A program made the position numbers and the translations under genes. The notes beneath the pieces are model-generated. The model was not told the DNA's origin and did not search any database. It worked only from the letters and a program-made list of their open reading frames with translations. Below, in pieces: positions 51,123-59,512 of a DNA stretch of 64,000 nt (its first letter is position 1; each line of letters starts with the position of its first letter). The stretch comes from an uncultured delta proteobacterium (GTDB lineage Bacteria > Desulfobacterota > Binatia > UBA9968), in contig CAVUVW010000008.1 in assembly GCA_963745035.1 (NCBI GenBank), positions 1 to 64,000 of the forward strand, given 5' to 3'.

Positions 51123-51992
51123 ATGCAAGATCGTTTCGGCATCGGCTGGCGGCCCGAGCTGGCTGCGGGGATTCTATCGAATCTCGCTCGCATCGACATC
51201 GTCGAGGTGATTGCCGACGACTATTTCGACGCATCGCGATCTCAACGCCGGGCTTTGAAGACTCTGGCGCGCCAGGTGCCGGTGGCGCTGCATGGAGTGA
51301 CCCTCGGGCTGGCGTCGGCCGCTCCGGCTGATGTCCGGCGCTTAGAGCAAACCGCACGGCTGGTTGACGAAATCCAGCCGGAGTTTTGGTCGGAGCACCT
51401 CGCATTCGTCAGAGGCGGTGGAATCGAGATTGGCCATCTCGCAGCGCCGCCGCGGACAATGGCAACCATTGAAGGCACGGCAAGAAACCTGGCCGTAGCC
51501 GCAAAGACTGTGGGCACTCTTCCGCTTGTCGAAAACATCGCCACACTCATCGACCCACCGGCGAGTACCATCGGTGAAAGCGATTGGACCGCTCAGATCC
51601 TCCTTACAACCAGATGCCAACTTTTACTGGATCTTCACAACCTCTACGCCAACTCCGTAAATTTCGCCTTCGATCCACGCGTCTATATCGACCATCTGCC
51701 ACTAGAGCAAATCAGCGCTATTCATCTGGCCGGCGGGCGCTGGATCAAGGCAAAAACCTCCGATGAACGCCGCCTCCTCGACGATCATCTCCACGATGTT
51801 CCTCCACGTGTCTATAAACTTTTGGAATACGTCGGAGAAATAGCCTCACGCCCGCTGATCGTTATCCTGGAACGCGATGGCCGGTATCCGCCAATAGAGC
51901 GGCTCCTAGGCCAGCTCGATTTCGCCCGGGACGCGCTCCGGCGTGGACGAATGAGACGGCGAGCAAATAAAGTGTCGGAGGCAGCAGCGTGA
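51123..51992 (+). CDS. DUF692 / multinuclear non-heme iron-dependent oxidative enzyme (MNIO)
   Basis: GIGWRPEL, HGV.LGL, SEHLAF, ENIA, LLDLHNLY.N, IHLAGG, DDH, ILERD. Confidence 0.9.
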   Translation: MQDRFGIGWRPELAAGILSNLARIDIVEVIADDYFDASRSQRRALKTLARQVPVALHGVTLGLASAAPADVRRLEQTARLVDEIQPEFWSEHLAFVRGGGIEIGHLAAPPRTMATIEGTARNLAVAAKTVGTLPLVENIATLIDPPASTIGESDWTAQILLTTRCQLLLDLHNLYANSVNFAFDPRVYIDHLPLEQISAIHLAGGRWIKAKTSDERRLLDDHLHDVPPRVYKLLEYVGEIASRPLIVILERDGRYPPIERLLGQLDFARDALRRGRMRRRANKVSEAAA

Positions 51993-52243
51993 GCGCGCAA
52001 AAACTGGAAGCGTTCTTGGCGCGACTTTACGTTGACGATCAAGCTCGCGCTCGCTTCCTTGCCGACCCTGCCCGTGAAGCGTTGAACGCAGGACTTACTC
52101 CGGAAGAGTGCGCGATGCTCGAAACGATCGATGTTATCGGACTCGAGCTCGCCGCCGAGAGTTTTGCCCGAAAGAGGGCTTACGCTTCGCCCAGCAATCC
52201 CCCTTCCAATCTGATTCGTCGGCTCTGGCGACGAGTAAAGTAA
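51989..52243 (+). CDS. Small helical protein, probable MNIO partner
   Basis: EAFLARLYVD..AR.RFLADP....GLTPEE....ID..GL..AA.SF.RKR; GTGA overlap with the MNIO stop. Confidence 0.7.
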   Translation: MSAQKLEAFLARLYVDDQARARFLADPAREALNAGLTPEECAMLETIDVIGLELAAESFARKRAYASPSNPPSNLIRRLWRRVK

Positions 52244-52310
52244 AAAGTACGTTGCGCCTGTTTCGCACCGCCCAGCTTGCCGGTTGTTGAGTCCTGTATT
52301 CCGCCATGAT

Positions 52311-52324
52311 ACCTAACATTAGGT
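52311..52324. promoter_or_regulatory. Candidate operator ACCTAA-CA-TTAGGT
   Basis: Perfect AT-rich inverted repeat 8 nt upstream of the regulator ATG (52333). Confidence 0.45.
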
Positions 52325-52332
52325 TAGATATT

Positions 52333-53484
52333 ATGGCTATCACTACTTATTCACGAAGCGCGCCCCGGTTCGAAAGCCGCCTGCGCGAGAGGCGCCAGTC
52401 GCTCGGGCTTTCACAAAAGCAGGTCGCCGACCTGGCCGGGATCACCCGCCAAGCGGTAGCCGCTGTCGAGACAAACCAGTATTCCCCCGCGACCTCGGTC
52501 GCGCTCCAACTTGCTCGGGCGCTTCACTGCCGCGTCGAAGATCTTTTCAGTCTCACGAGCAGCGAAGAAGTGGTCGAAGCCGAACTTGTCGGGTCTCGCC
52601 CTTCCGGTGGCGGCAAAATGCGCGCGCAACTGACTCAAGTCGGCGACCGGCTGCTGGCGCGCGCGCTGGAAGGCTCGGGTGAATTGGCGAGCCTCTCGAC
52701 GAGCGCCGACGGTCTGATCGTCGCCGAAACAACGCGCAACCGAGTCAAAATCCAGCTCCTCAAAGAGCGCGATGCCGTGCGGCGGAAACTCGTCATCGCG
52801 GGCTGCGATCCGGCGATGTTCCTCGCCGCCAGGCACGTGCGAAAACACGACACTGAAGAGCTCGTTCCTTGCATGATGGGTAGCGGCATGGCGCTGGGCG
52901 CGTTGAAGCGCGGCGAGGTGCACGCGGCCGGCGCGCACTTCGCCGATGAAAACTCCAGCGGCAATCTCACCGACCTCAAACGTCATCTGGGCGGCCTGGA
53001 TTGCCTCGTCGTCACCTTCGCCCATTGGGAGGAAGGCTTTCTTGTTCGGCGGGGCAATCCTAAAAAAATTCGCTCCGCGACCGATCTCGCGAAACCCGCC
53101 GTCAAGATCGTCAACCGCGAGAGAGGCTCCGGCGCGCGCCGATTGCTCGACCGGCAACTGCAAGCCGCGGGGATTCCGGCGGCGCGGGTCAGAGGCTATC
53201 GCGAGGAGGTTTTATCGCACCTCGACGTCGCGTGGCGAGTGGAAGCGGGTCTCGCCGACGCCGGCGTCGGCGTGCGCGCCGCCGCGGCGATCCGCGGCCT
53301 CGATTTCGTGCCGCTCCAGCGCGAGCGTTACGATCTGATTATTTCCAAGGCGCATTATGAGAACTTGCCCGGCTTCAGAGTCTTGCTCGATACGGTAGTC
53401 GGCGGCCGCTTCAGAAGCGAGTTGGAAGCGCTCGGCGGCTACGACACCCGCGACACCGGACGAGTCGTGCTGCCCGCAGCGTGA
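52333..53484 (+). CDS. XRE-HTH / MoeA-C-like / PBP molybdate-binding transcriptional regulator
   Basis: LRERR...GLSQ..VA...GITRQ...VE...YSP...VALQLA; SGELASLS.SADGLIV; NRERGSGAR.LLD, ADAGVG, LDFVPL..ERYDL. Confidence 0.8.
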   Translation: MAITTYSRSAPRFESRLRERRQSLGLSQKQVADLAGITRQAVAAVETNQYSPATSVALQLARALHCRVEDLFSLTSSEEVVEAELVGSRPSGGGKMRAQLTQVGDRLLARALEGSGELASLSTSADGLIVAETTRNRVKIQLLKERDAVRRKLVIAGCDPAMFLAARHVRKHDTEELVPCMMGSGMALGALKRGEVHAAGAHFADENSSGNLTDLKRHLGGLDCLVVTFAHWEEGFLVRRGNPKKIRSATDLAKPAVKIVNRERGSGARRLLDRQLQAAGIPAARVRGYREEVLSHLDVAWRVEAGLADAGVGVRAAAAIRGLDFVPLQRERYDLIISKAHYENLPGFRVLLDTVVGGRFRSELEALGGYDTRDTGRVVLPAA

Positions 53485-53517
53485 TACGCGCCTGCGCGAT
53501 ATCGCGGAGAACCTGAC

Positions 53518-54294
53518 ATGTTCGAGAAAAATCGACTCAAGCTTTTTGTATCGCCGGTCATTATTGTCGCGCTATTCTTTGCTTCGGGAAAAAGCGTGCG
53601 CGCCGATGATATCCTGGTCTCGGCGGCCGCGAGTCTCAGCGACGTTCTGCAAGAGATCAGCACGGCTTACCAGGCCAAGTCCAAGCACACGGTCAAATTC
53701 AATTTCGGCCCGTCCAGCGGCCTTGCCCGGCAGATCGACGAAGGCGCGCCGGCGGACATTTTCTTCTCGGCCGACCTGCCGCAGATGGATAATCTCGACA
53801 AGAAGAGCCGGCTCGAACCCGGGACGCGAAAAAACCTGTTATCGAACCAGTTGGTGATCATCGTGCCGGCGGACTCCAAGCTCACGATGTCCTCTCCCAA
53901 AGATTTACTGAAGGGCGACGTCAAGCGCATCGCCCTTGCCGAACCCTCCTCCGTGCCGGTCGGCGTTTACACGAGCAAATATCTGACGGACGAGGGAATG
54001 TGGGAGCAGGTCAAGCCGAAGATCGTGCCCGTCCAGGACGTGCGCGCCACCCTCGCATCGGTTGAGTCCGGCAATGTCGAAGCCGGTTTCGTCTACAAAA
54101 CCGACGCCGCCGTTTCCAAGAAGGTGAAGATCGTCTACGAAGTCCCCATCGACAAAGGCCCCAAGATTACTTATCCCGTCGCGATCGTGAAAGACTCGAA
54201 GCGCAAAGAAGCAGCCCGGGACTTCCTGAATTATGTCCACGCTTCGGCGAGTAAGGAATTATTCAAGAAATACGGCTTCATCGTGATCGAGTGA
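53518..54294 (+). CDS. modA: Molybdate ABC transporter substrate-binding protein
   Basis: AAASL, SSGLARQI..GAPADIFFSA, P.SVPVG.Y, DVR, GFVYKTDA, ITYP.A. Confidence 0.95.
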   Translation: MFEKNRLKLFVSPVIIVALFFASGKSVRADDILVSAAASLSDVLQEISTAYQAKSKHTVKFNFGPSSGLARQIDEGAPADIFFSADLPQMDNLDKKSRLEPGTRKNLLSNQLVIIVPADSKLTMSSPKDLLKGDVKRIALAEPSSVPVGVYTSKYLTDEGMWEQVKPKIVPVQDVRATLASVESGNVEAGFVYKTDAAVSKKVKIVYEVPIDKGPKITYPVAIVKDSKRKEAARDFLNYVHASASKELFKKYGFIVIE

Positions 54295-54350
54295 ACGCAA
54301 GGCACACTTCAAACGTGAAGCCTTACTCCGCGGCCTACCGACCTCGATTT

Positions 54351-54428
54351 CGTCACCCCCGAATGTTTTCGTCGGGAGTCCAGTTTCGGTCTCGCCTGGA
54401 TTCCCGCTAAAAACATGCGGGAATGACG
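54351..54428. repeat. REP-like palindrome, CGTCA...GGGAATGACG family
   Basis: CGTCACCCCCG...GTCCAG...CTGGATTCCCGC...GCGGGAATGACG between modA and modB. Confidence 0.6.
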
Positions 54429-54481
54429 AACGGAAAACCAATCATCATGCAGCAGGCAAGCGCCGCGTCAGAATCGAACCC

Positions 54482-55156
54482 ATGATGTTCTCCTTCGAGA
54501 CCTGGCAAATCACGCTCTTTTCACTATCAGTCGGCCTTGCCAGTACGCTGCTGATTCTACCGTTTGGCATCGCGCTGGCGTGGCTGTTTGCACGCAAGGA
54601 ATGGCCGCTCAAGAGCGTCATCGAGACCATCGTGCTTCTGCCGCTGGTCATGCCGCCGGTTTCGACCGGGCTGATTCTGCTCAAGATCTTCGGACGGCGG
54701 AGCCCGCTCGGCCAGTGGCTTTACGAGCGTGGCATCGAGATCGTCTTCAACTGGAAGGGCGTGCTCATCGCCATGTCGGTGATGTCCTTTCCATTGCTCG
54801 TCCGCTCGGTTAGGACGTCATTTGGGGACGTCAATCCGCGGCTGGAGCAGATCGCCGCCACTCTCGGCGCGTCGCCGCTGAGAATTTTCTTCGTCATCAC
54901 AATTCCCCTCGCCTACAAAGGCATCGTCGCCGGCGCACTGCTGGCGTTTTCGCGCGCTCTCGGCGAATTCGGCGCGACCATTTTGTTGGCCGGCAATATC
55001 CCGGGCGAAACCCAGACTTTGTCGCTGGCGATTTATAACTTCGTGCAACTGGGCAAGGATCCCGAAGCCTACGTCCTGCTCGGCATAACAGTCGCGCTGG
55101 CGTTTCTGTTCGTGTGGTCGTCGGAATGGCTGCTGCGCTCGGAAAAGAAGACGTGA
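54482..55156 (+). CDS. modB: Molybdate ABC transporter permease
   Basis: LPLVMPPV.TG, SFPL, A.TLGAS, FSRALGEFGAT..LAGNIPG.TQTL. Confidence 0.95.
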   Translation: MMFSFETWQITLFSLSVGLASTLLILPFGIALAWLFARKEWPLKSVIETIVLLPLVMPPVSTGLILLKIFGRRSPLGQWLYERGIEIVFNWKGVLIAMSVMSFPLLVRSVRTSFGDVNPRLEQIAATLGASPLRIFFVITIPLAYKGIVAGALLAFSRALGEFGATILLAGNIPGETQTLSLAIYNFVQLGKDPEAYVLLGITVALAFLFVWSSEWLLRSEKKT

Positions 55157-55157
55157 A

Positions 55158-56229
55158 ATGAAGCTCCGCTGCCGCATACCGCTGGCGAATTTCGAGCTCG
55201 ATGTCGACGCCGCTTTCGAATCGCGCGTCACCGCGATATTTGGGCCGTCGGGTTCCGGCAAAACGACATTGCTGGATGCCATCGCCGGGTTGCGCACGGT
55301 CGCCGATGGCGAGATCGAGATCAGCGGCAAAACACTCTTCTCTTCGGAGCGTAAAATCAATCTGCCGCCGCGACAGCGGGGCGTCGGCTACGTGCCGCAG
55401 GAAGGCGCGCTCTTCCCGCATCTTTCCGTGCAACGAAATATTTTATTCGGCGCCGAGCGCGCGGGCCATGCCGGTTCGAGCAACATCAACATGGAGCATG
55501 TCCTCCACGTGTTGGAAATCGGCCATCTCCTTCCCCGGTACCGTCACCAAAATCTCCGGTGGCGAGGCCCAGCGCGTCGCCTTGGCGCGCGCAATCCTGT
55601 CGCGCCCACAGCTCCTCCTGCTGGATGAACCTTTGGCGGCCCTCGATGTCGGGCTCAAGGAAAGAATTTTGCCGTACCTCGCCAGGGTGCGCGATGAATT
55701 CGCGATCCCGATGATGTACGTGACCCACAATCTGACGGAAGTTTTAACCCTGGCCGACTGGGTGTTGATGATTCAACAAGGCAGATTGGCTGCGCAAGGA
55801 CCGCCGAAAGAACTGCTTGGCTCGCGCCAAGCGGCGATCCGGCTCGCCGCCGAACCGCTGGATAACATCTTCACCGCGATGTTTATCGAATCCGATAAAG
55901 AAGCGGGCCGAAGCCGGGTTCGGCTTTCGTCGGGGACGGAAATCTTTATCCCCTACTTGGTCGCGCCCGCCGGTGCGCCGCTGCAGATCCGCATCAGCGC
56001 CGAGGATATCCTCGTCGGAACGAAGCAGCCCGAGGGGATTTCGGCGGGCAACATTTTTCCGGGGACCATCCGGGCTCTCGAGTTTTTGGACGGCCAAGCT
56101 CTGCTTACCGTGCATACCGGTGAAGAGTTTTATGTGCGCCTCACCTCGGGAGCGGCCGCGCGTCTCGGTCTCGCGGTCGGAGCCGACGTCTTTCTCATCA
56201 TAAAAACCCGCTCGTTCGCGGTTCTGTAA
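55158..56229 (+). CDS. modC: Molybdate ABC transporter ATP-binding protein (frameshift near 55535)
   Basis: GPSGSGKTT; ISGGEAQRVALARA, LLLDEP, YVTH; C-terminal TOBE-like (ISA.NI..G.I...IIK). Confidence 0.9.
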
Positions 56230-56472
56230 ATCAGCTCTCACCGATCGTTGAGAGTTCCCCAAGACCACGCGAATGTCATATCGAAAGAACCCGGATTTCC
56301 GCTGGGCTCCCAATGCATTTTTCAGCATCTGTGGCGAGCGTAAGCTCACTTCGTGGTCCATACTTCTTCTTGCCGCCTCTGTCCGCGGGAAGGTCACGGT
56401 AACGCGGCTTCGTGATTTTTAGGCGCAGCTTATGAGACACGAGACTTGCCGACGGCAACTGAGAGCCGGCAG

Positions 56473-57111
56473 CTATCTGCCAACACGCTCGCATCTCATT
56501 CCTGCTCCGTCTTCAGAATCGCCAAAAAGAACGCAGCGAAAGACTTCGCCGTCGGCCGCCCTCACCGTGGAAAACCCGCCCATGTCGGTAACCGTGAATG
56601 GGCCCACTTTGGTCGACGGCGACTCCACTGCGCGCGCGCCGCCGTTGGATGAAAAGCCGTCGAGCGCCATACTGATGAGACCGCGGGTGGCGGCCTCTTC
56701 CACGCGAGGCTCGGGCTCGCTCTGAAACGGCAGGGCCGCGAGTTGCGCTCGAATCACCGGCTTCAACGCGGCGATTTCGTCGTTCATTTGCCCCAGCTCT
56801 TCGGTCATCTCTTTCATACGCTCCGGTCGCACCGAGGTTTGGCGCATGGTGGCGATAAACTCTCTCTTTCGGATATCGAGATCGATCAGCCGGTAAAATT
56901 CCGCCGAACCGCCCACCGTCGCCGTGACGATGGCCTTTAGACTTCCACCCGCGCGCTGGCGTTCCGGCCAGCGCGCCATTGATGAACCGAATTGCTGCAT
57001 ATCGCCCTGATACTGGGTCAGCCCGGCCAAAAGCGTCGCGCCGGGAGTGAAGGTCGCAATGGAGCAGCCCGAGAACGCGATGACGACGCAAAGCCATAAA
57101 AGACGAATCAT
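56473..57111 (-). CDS. Hypothetical lipoprotein with coiled-coil
   Basis: MIRLLWLCVVIAFSGC lipobox; protein-like composition. Confidence 0.55.
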   Translation of the reverse strand: MIRLLWLCVVIAFSGCSIATFTPGATLLAGLTQYQGDMQQFGSSMARWPERQRAGGSLKAIVTATVGGSAEFYRLIDLDIRKREFIATMRQTSVRPERMKEMTEELGQMNDEIAALKPVIRAQLAALPFQSEPEPRVEEAATRGLISMALDGFSSNGGARAVESPSTKVGPFTVTDMGGFSTVRAADGEVFRCVLFGDSEDGAGMRCERVGR

Positions 57112-57262
57112 AATTGGGGTAAAAATAGCACATCTCGGAATCGCCCAGAAGAAAATTTCCGCTTCGACCAGGATGCGGCGGTTGAGAACATGCGCATGTT
57201 GCGCCATAAAGAGGCTGCCCATGAGTCCGAGCTCATGCAAAAATGAGGAAGGAAACATTTCC

Positions 57263-58228
57263 ATGCTGAAAACTCTCACCGCGGCGGCTCTGCTGGTTTT
57301 TGCCGCCCTGTCCGGCCGGCCCGCTGCGGCGCTCGATACGCTTTCTGTCGCGCTCACATCCAAGGCCTTTCAATACGTCCCGCTCGTCATTGCTCAAGAT
57401 CGCGGCTATATGAAGGAGGAAGGGCTGGATCTCAAATTTGTCTTCATGCAAAACGCCCCCGGCCTCCAGGCGCTGATCGCCAATCAAGTGCAGTTTTCCG
57501 GCTCCGGCAGCAGCGCGCTGGTAGCGATCTCGAAAGGCAAAGCGCCGCTCAAAACCGTGCTCGCCTTCAACGATCAGGTGCTGCAATGGATCGTCTCTCG
57601 CCCCAACATCACGCGCTTGCGGGATATCTCCGGAAAAAAAGTCGCCACCACTGGCGTCGCCTCGATCGCGGCTTACATGTTCCGAAATATTTTGGCCAAG
57701 CATAACATTCCCAAGGACATCGTGTTGATCGATCCGGGACCGGTGAATCGCTTGCCGGCTTTGTTGTCCGGCGCCGTGGACGCCGCCATCGTCAGCCCCG
57801 AAGAACGCTACACGGCGCTCGATCAAGGCATGAAAGATCTCGTTTTCATCGGCAACGAGGTAAAGAATTCCTGGGGCACGTTCGCAACATCGGATCGCTT
57901 CATCAAAGAGCAGCCCAAGGCGATGGCCGGCTTTGCCCGCGCCGTGCTCAAGGGCCTGCGCGTGGCGCGCCAGGAACGGGAAGGCACGATCGCCGCGATC
58001 GCCAGGTTCAGCGAAATCGACCGCACGCTGGCGACCCGCATGTACGACGATCTGGTCGGCACCTTCACGAAATCGGGATACGTCGATGAGGAGACCCAGA
58101 GAAACGACCTGGCCATCGTCCGCCTGGTCGCGGAAGTGAACGAAGTGGTGCCGCCGCAGCGTGCCTACGACTTCAGTTTCGCCCGTCAGGCCGAGCAGCA
58201 GTTAATCAAGCAGAATTGGAAACCGTAA
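57263..58228 (+). CDS. ABC substrate-binding protein, NitT/TauT family
   Basis: Signal peptide; PL.IAQDRGYMKEEGLD, GKKVA, ALLSGAVDAA. Confidence 0.88.
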   Translation: MLKTLTAAALLVFAALSGRPAAALDTLSVALTSKAFQYVPLVIAQDRGYMKEEGLDLKFVFMQNAPGLQALIANQVQFSGSGSSALVAISKGKAPLKTVLAFNDQVLQWIVSRPNITRLRDISGKKVATTGVASIAAYMFRNILAKHNIPKDIVLIDPGPVNRLPALLSGAVDAAIVSPEERYTALDQGMKDLVFIGNEVKNSWGTFATSDRFIKEQPKAMAGFARAVLKGLRVARQEREGTIAAIARFSEIDRTLATRMYDDLVGTFTKSGYVDEETQRNDLAIVRLVAEVNEVVPPQRAYDFSFARQAEQQLIKQNWKP

Positions 58229-58274
58229 CGTCACGGAATGCGCCAAGCGGACGCCTCGTAGCCGCGAAATTTTC

Positions 58275-58304
58275 TTGACAGCCGAAATCGCGAGCCTCTA
58301 CACT
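58275..58304 (+). promoter_or_regulatory. sigma70-like promoter for the metacaspase gene
   Basis: TTGACA-N18-TACACT, with GGGAGG RBS downstream. Confidence 0.55.
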
Positions 58305-58336
58305 CCTGCCCAAGGCTGCTTAAACGGGAGGCTTGT

Positions 58337-59149
58337 ATGGCCAAGGGAATTTCGCTCCACATCGGATTGAATTTCGTCGACCCCAAACATTATCAAGGCT
58401 GGGACGGGCAATTGAACGCCTGCATCGCCGACGCCAAGGACATGCGCGCCTTGGCAAAGAAAAAGGGCTTCACCGGCAATACCATGCTTCTCGACGGACA
58501 AGCGACGGCCGCCGCCGTCACCGCCGCGATTCTGGACGCGTCGAAAAAATTATCCAAAGGCGACATCTTCTTTCTCACCTACTCCGGCCACGGCGGCCAA
58601 GTCCACGACACCAACGGCGACGAGAAGGATAAAGGCCGCATGGATGAAACCTGGGTGTTGTTTGACCGCCAGCTGGTGGACGATGAACTTTATAATCTGT
58701 GGAGAAAGTTCAAGTCCGGCGTGCGCATCTTGGCGCTCTCCGATAGCTGCCACAGCGGCACAGTGACGCGCGACATTCCAGTGTTCCTCGGCGGCGGCCC
58801 ACGCCCGCGGGCGATGCCGCGCCCGGTCGGCATCGCGGTGGAGAATGCCAACAAGGCGCTCTACCGCAGCATTCAGAAAAACAATCCCGGCGCGGAGAAG
58901 GCCAAGGTGAACGCCAGCATTCTCTTGATCTCGGGATGCATGGATAATCAAACTTCCATGGACGGCGACGATAACGGCGCGTTTACCGGCATGCTCAAAA
59001 AAGTCTGGAACGGCGGCAAGTTTACCGGCAACTACCGTAAGCTGCGCGATAAGATCGTCGCCGCCATGCCCTCGACACAGACGCCGAACTACTACTGCGT
59101 GGGCGCTGCAAATGCGAAGTTCGAAGGGCAGAAGCCGTTTAGTATTTGA
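58337..59149 (+). CDS. Caspase family peptidase C14 (metacaspase)
   Basis: YSGHG and SDSCHSG His/Cys dyad; LISGC.DNQTS.DG..NGAFT. Confidence 0.92.
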   Translation: MAKGISLHIGLNFVDPKHYQGWDGQLNACIADAKDMRALAKKKGFTGNTMLLDGQATAAAVTAAILDASKKLSKGDIFFLTYSGHGGQVHDTNGDEKDKGRMDETWVLFDRQLVDDELYNLWRKFKSGVRILALSDSCHSGTVTRDIPVFLGGGPRPRAMPRPVGIAVENANKALYRSIQKNNPGAEKAKVNASILLISGCMDNQTSMDGDDNGAFTGMLKKVWNGGKFTGNYRKLRDKIVAAMPSTQTPNYYCVGAANAKFEGQKPFSI

Positions 59150-59512
59150 AAGACCGCTACCCAAGGCACCGAACTAGCTCCCCACCGTGAGTGTTAGTAC
59201 TCACTCCTGCAACTTTCGGATACACGACCTGTAAACGAGGGTTGCGCGGCTCGATCAGTATCCGAGGAAGTTTTGGCTGGCGTCCAGCGATGATCCGAGT
59301 TCAGCTTTATCGTCCTGCACACGACATGCGGTCGACAAATATAGGAAAACTTTAGTCCAGTGTCGGAGAAATTATGTGTTGGACCGCCCGTTACCGAGTT
59401 TTTAGGGTCCGCGGACGACTCCTATCGAGGTCCACACGGGCGTCCTAGAAATCGGGAATGATAAATGCACAGCAAAGATTTGACGAGATCTTAGTCCAAG
59501 GAGGAATGGCTT

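Noticed and set aside
56230-56472. Possible small gene or RNA between modC and the lipoprotein
   Set aside because: No convincing RBS, motif or stable fold seen
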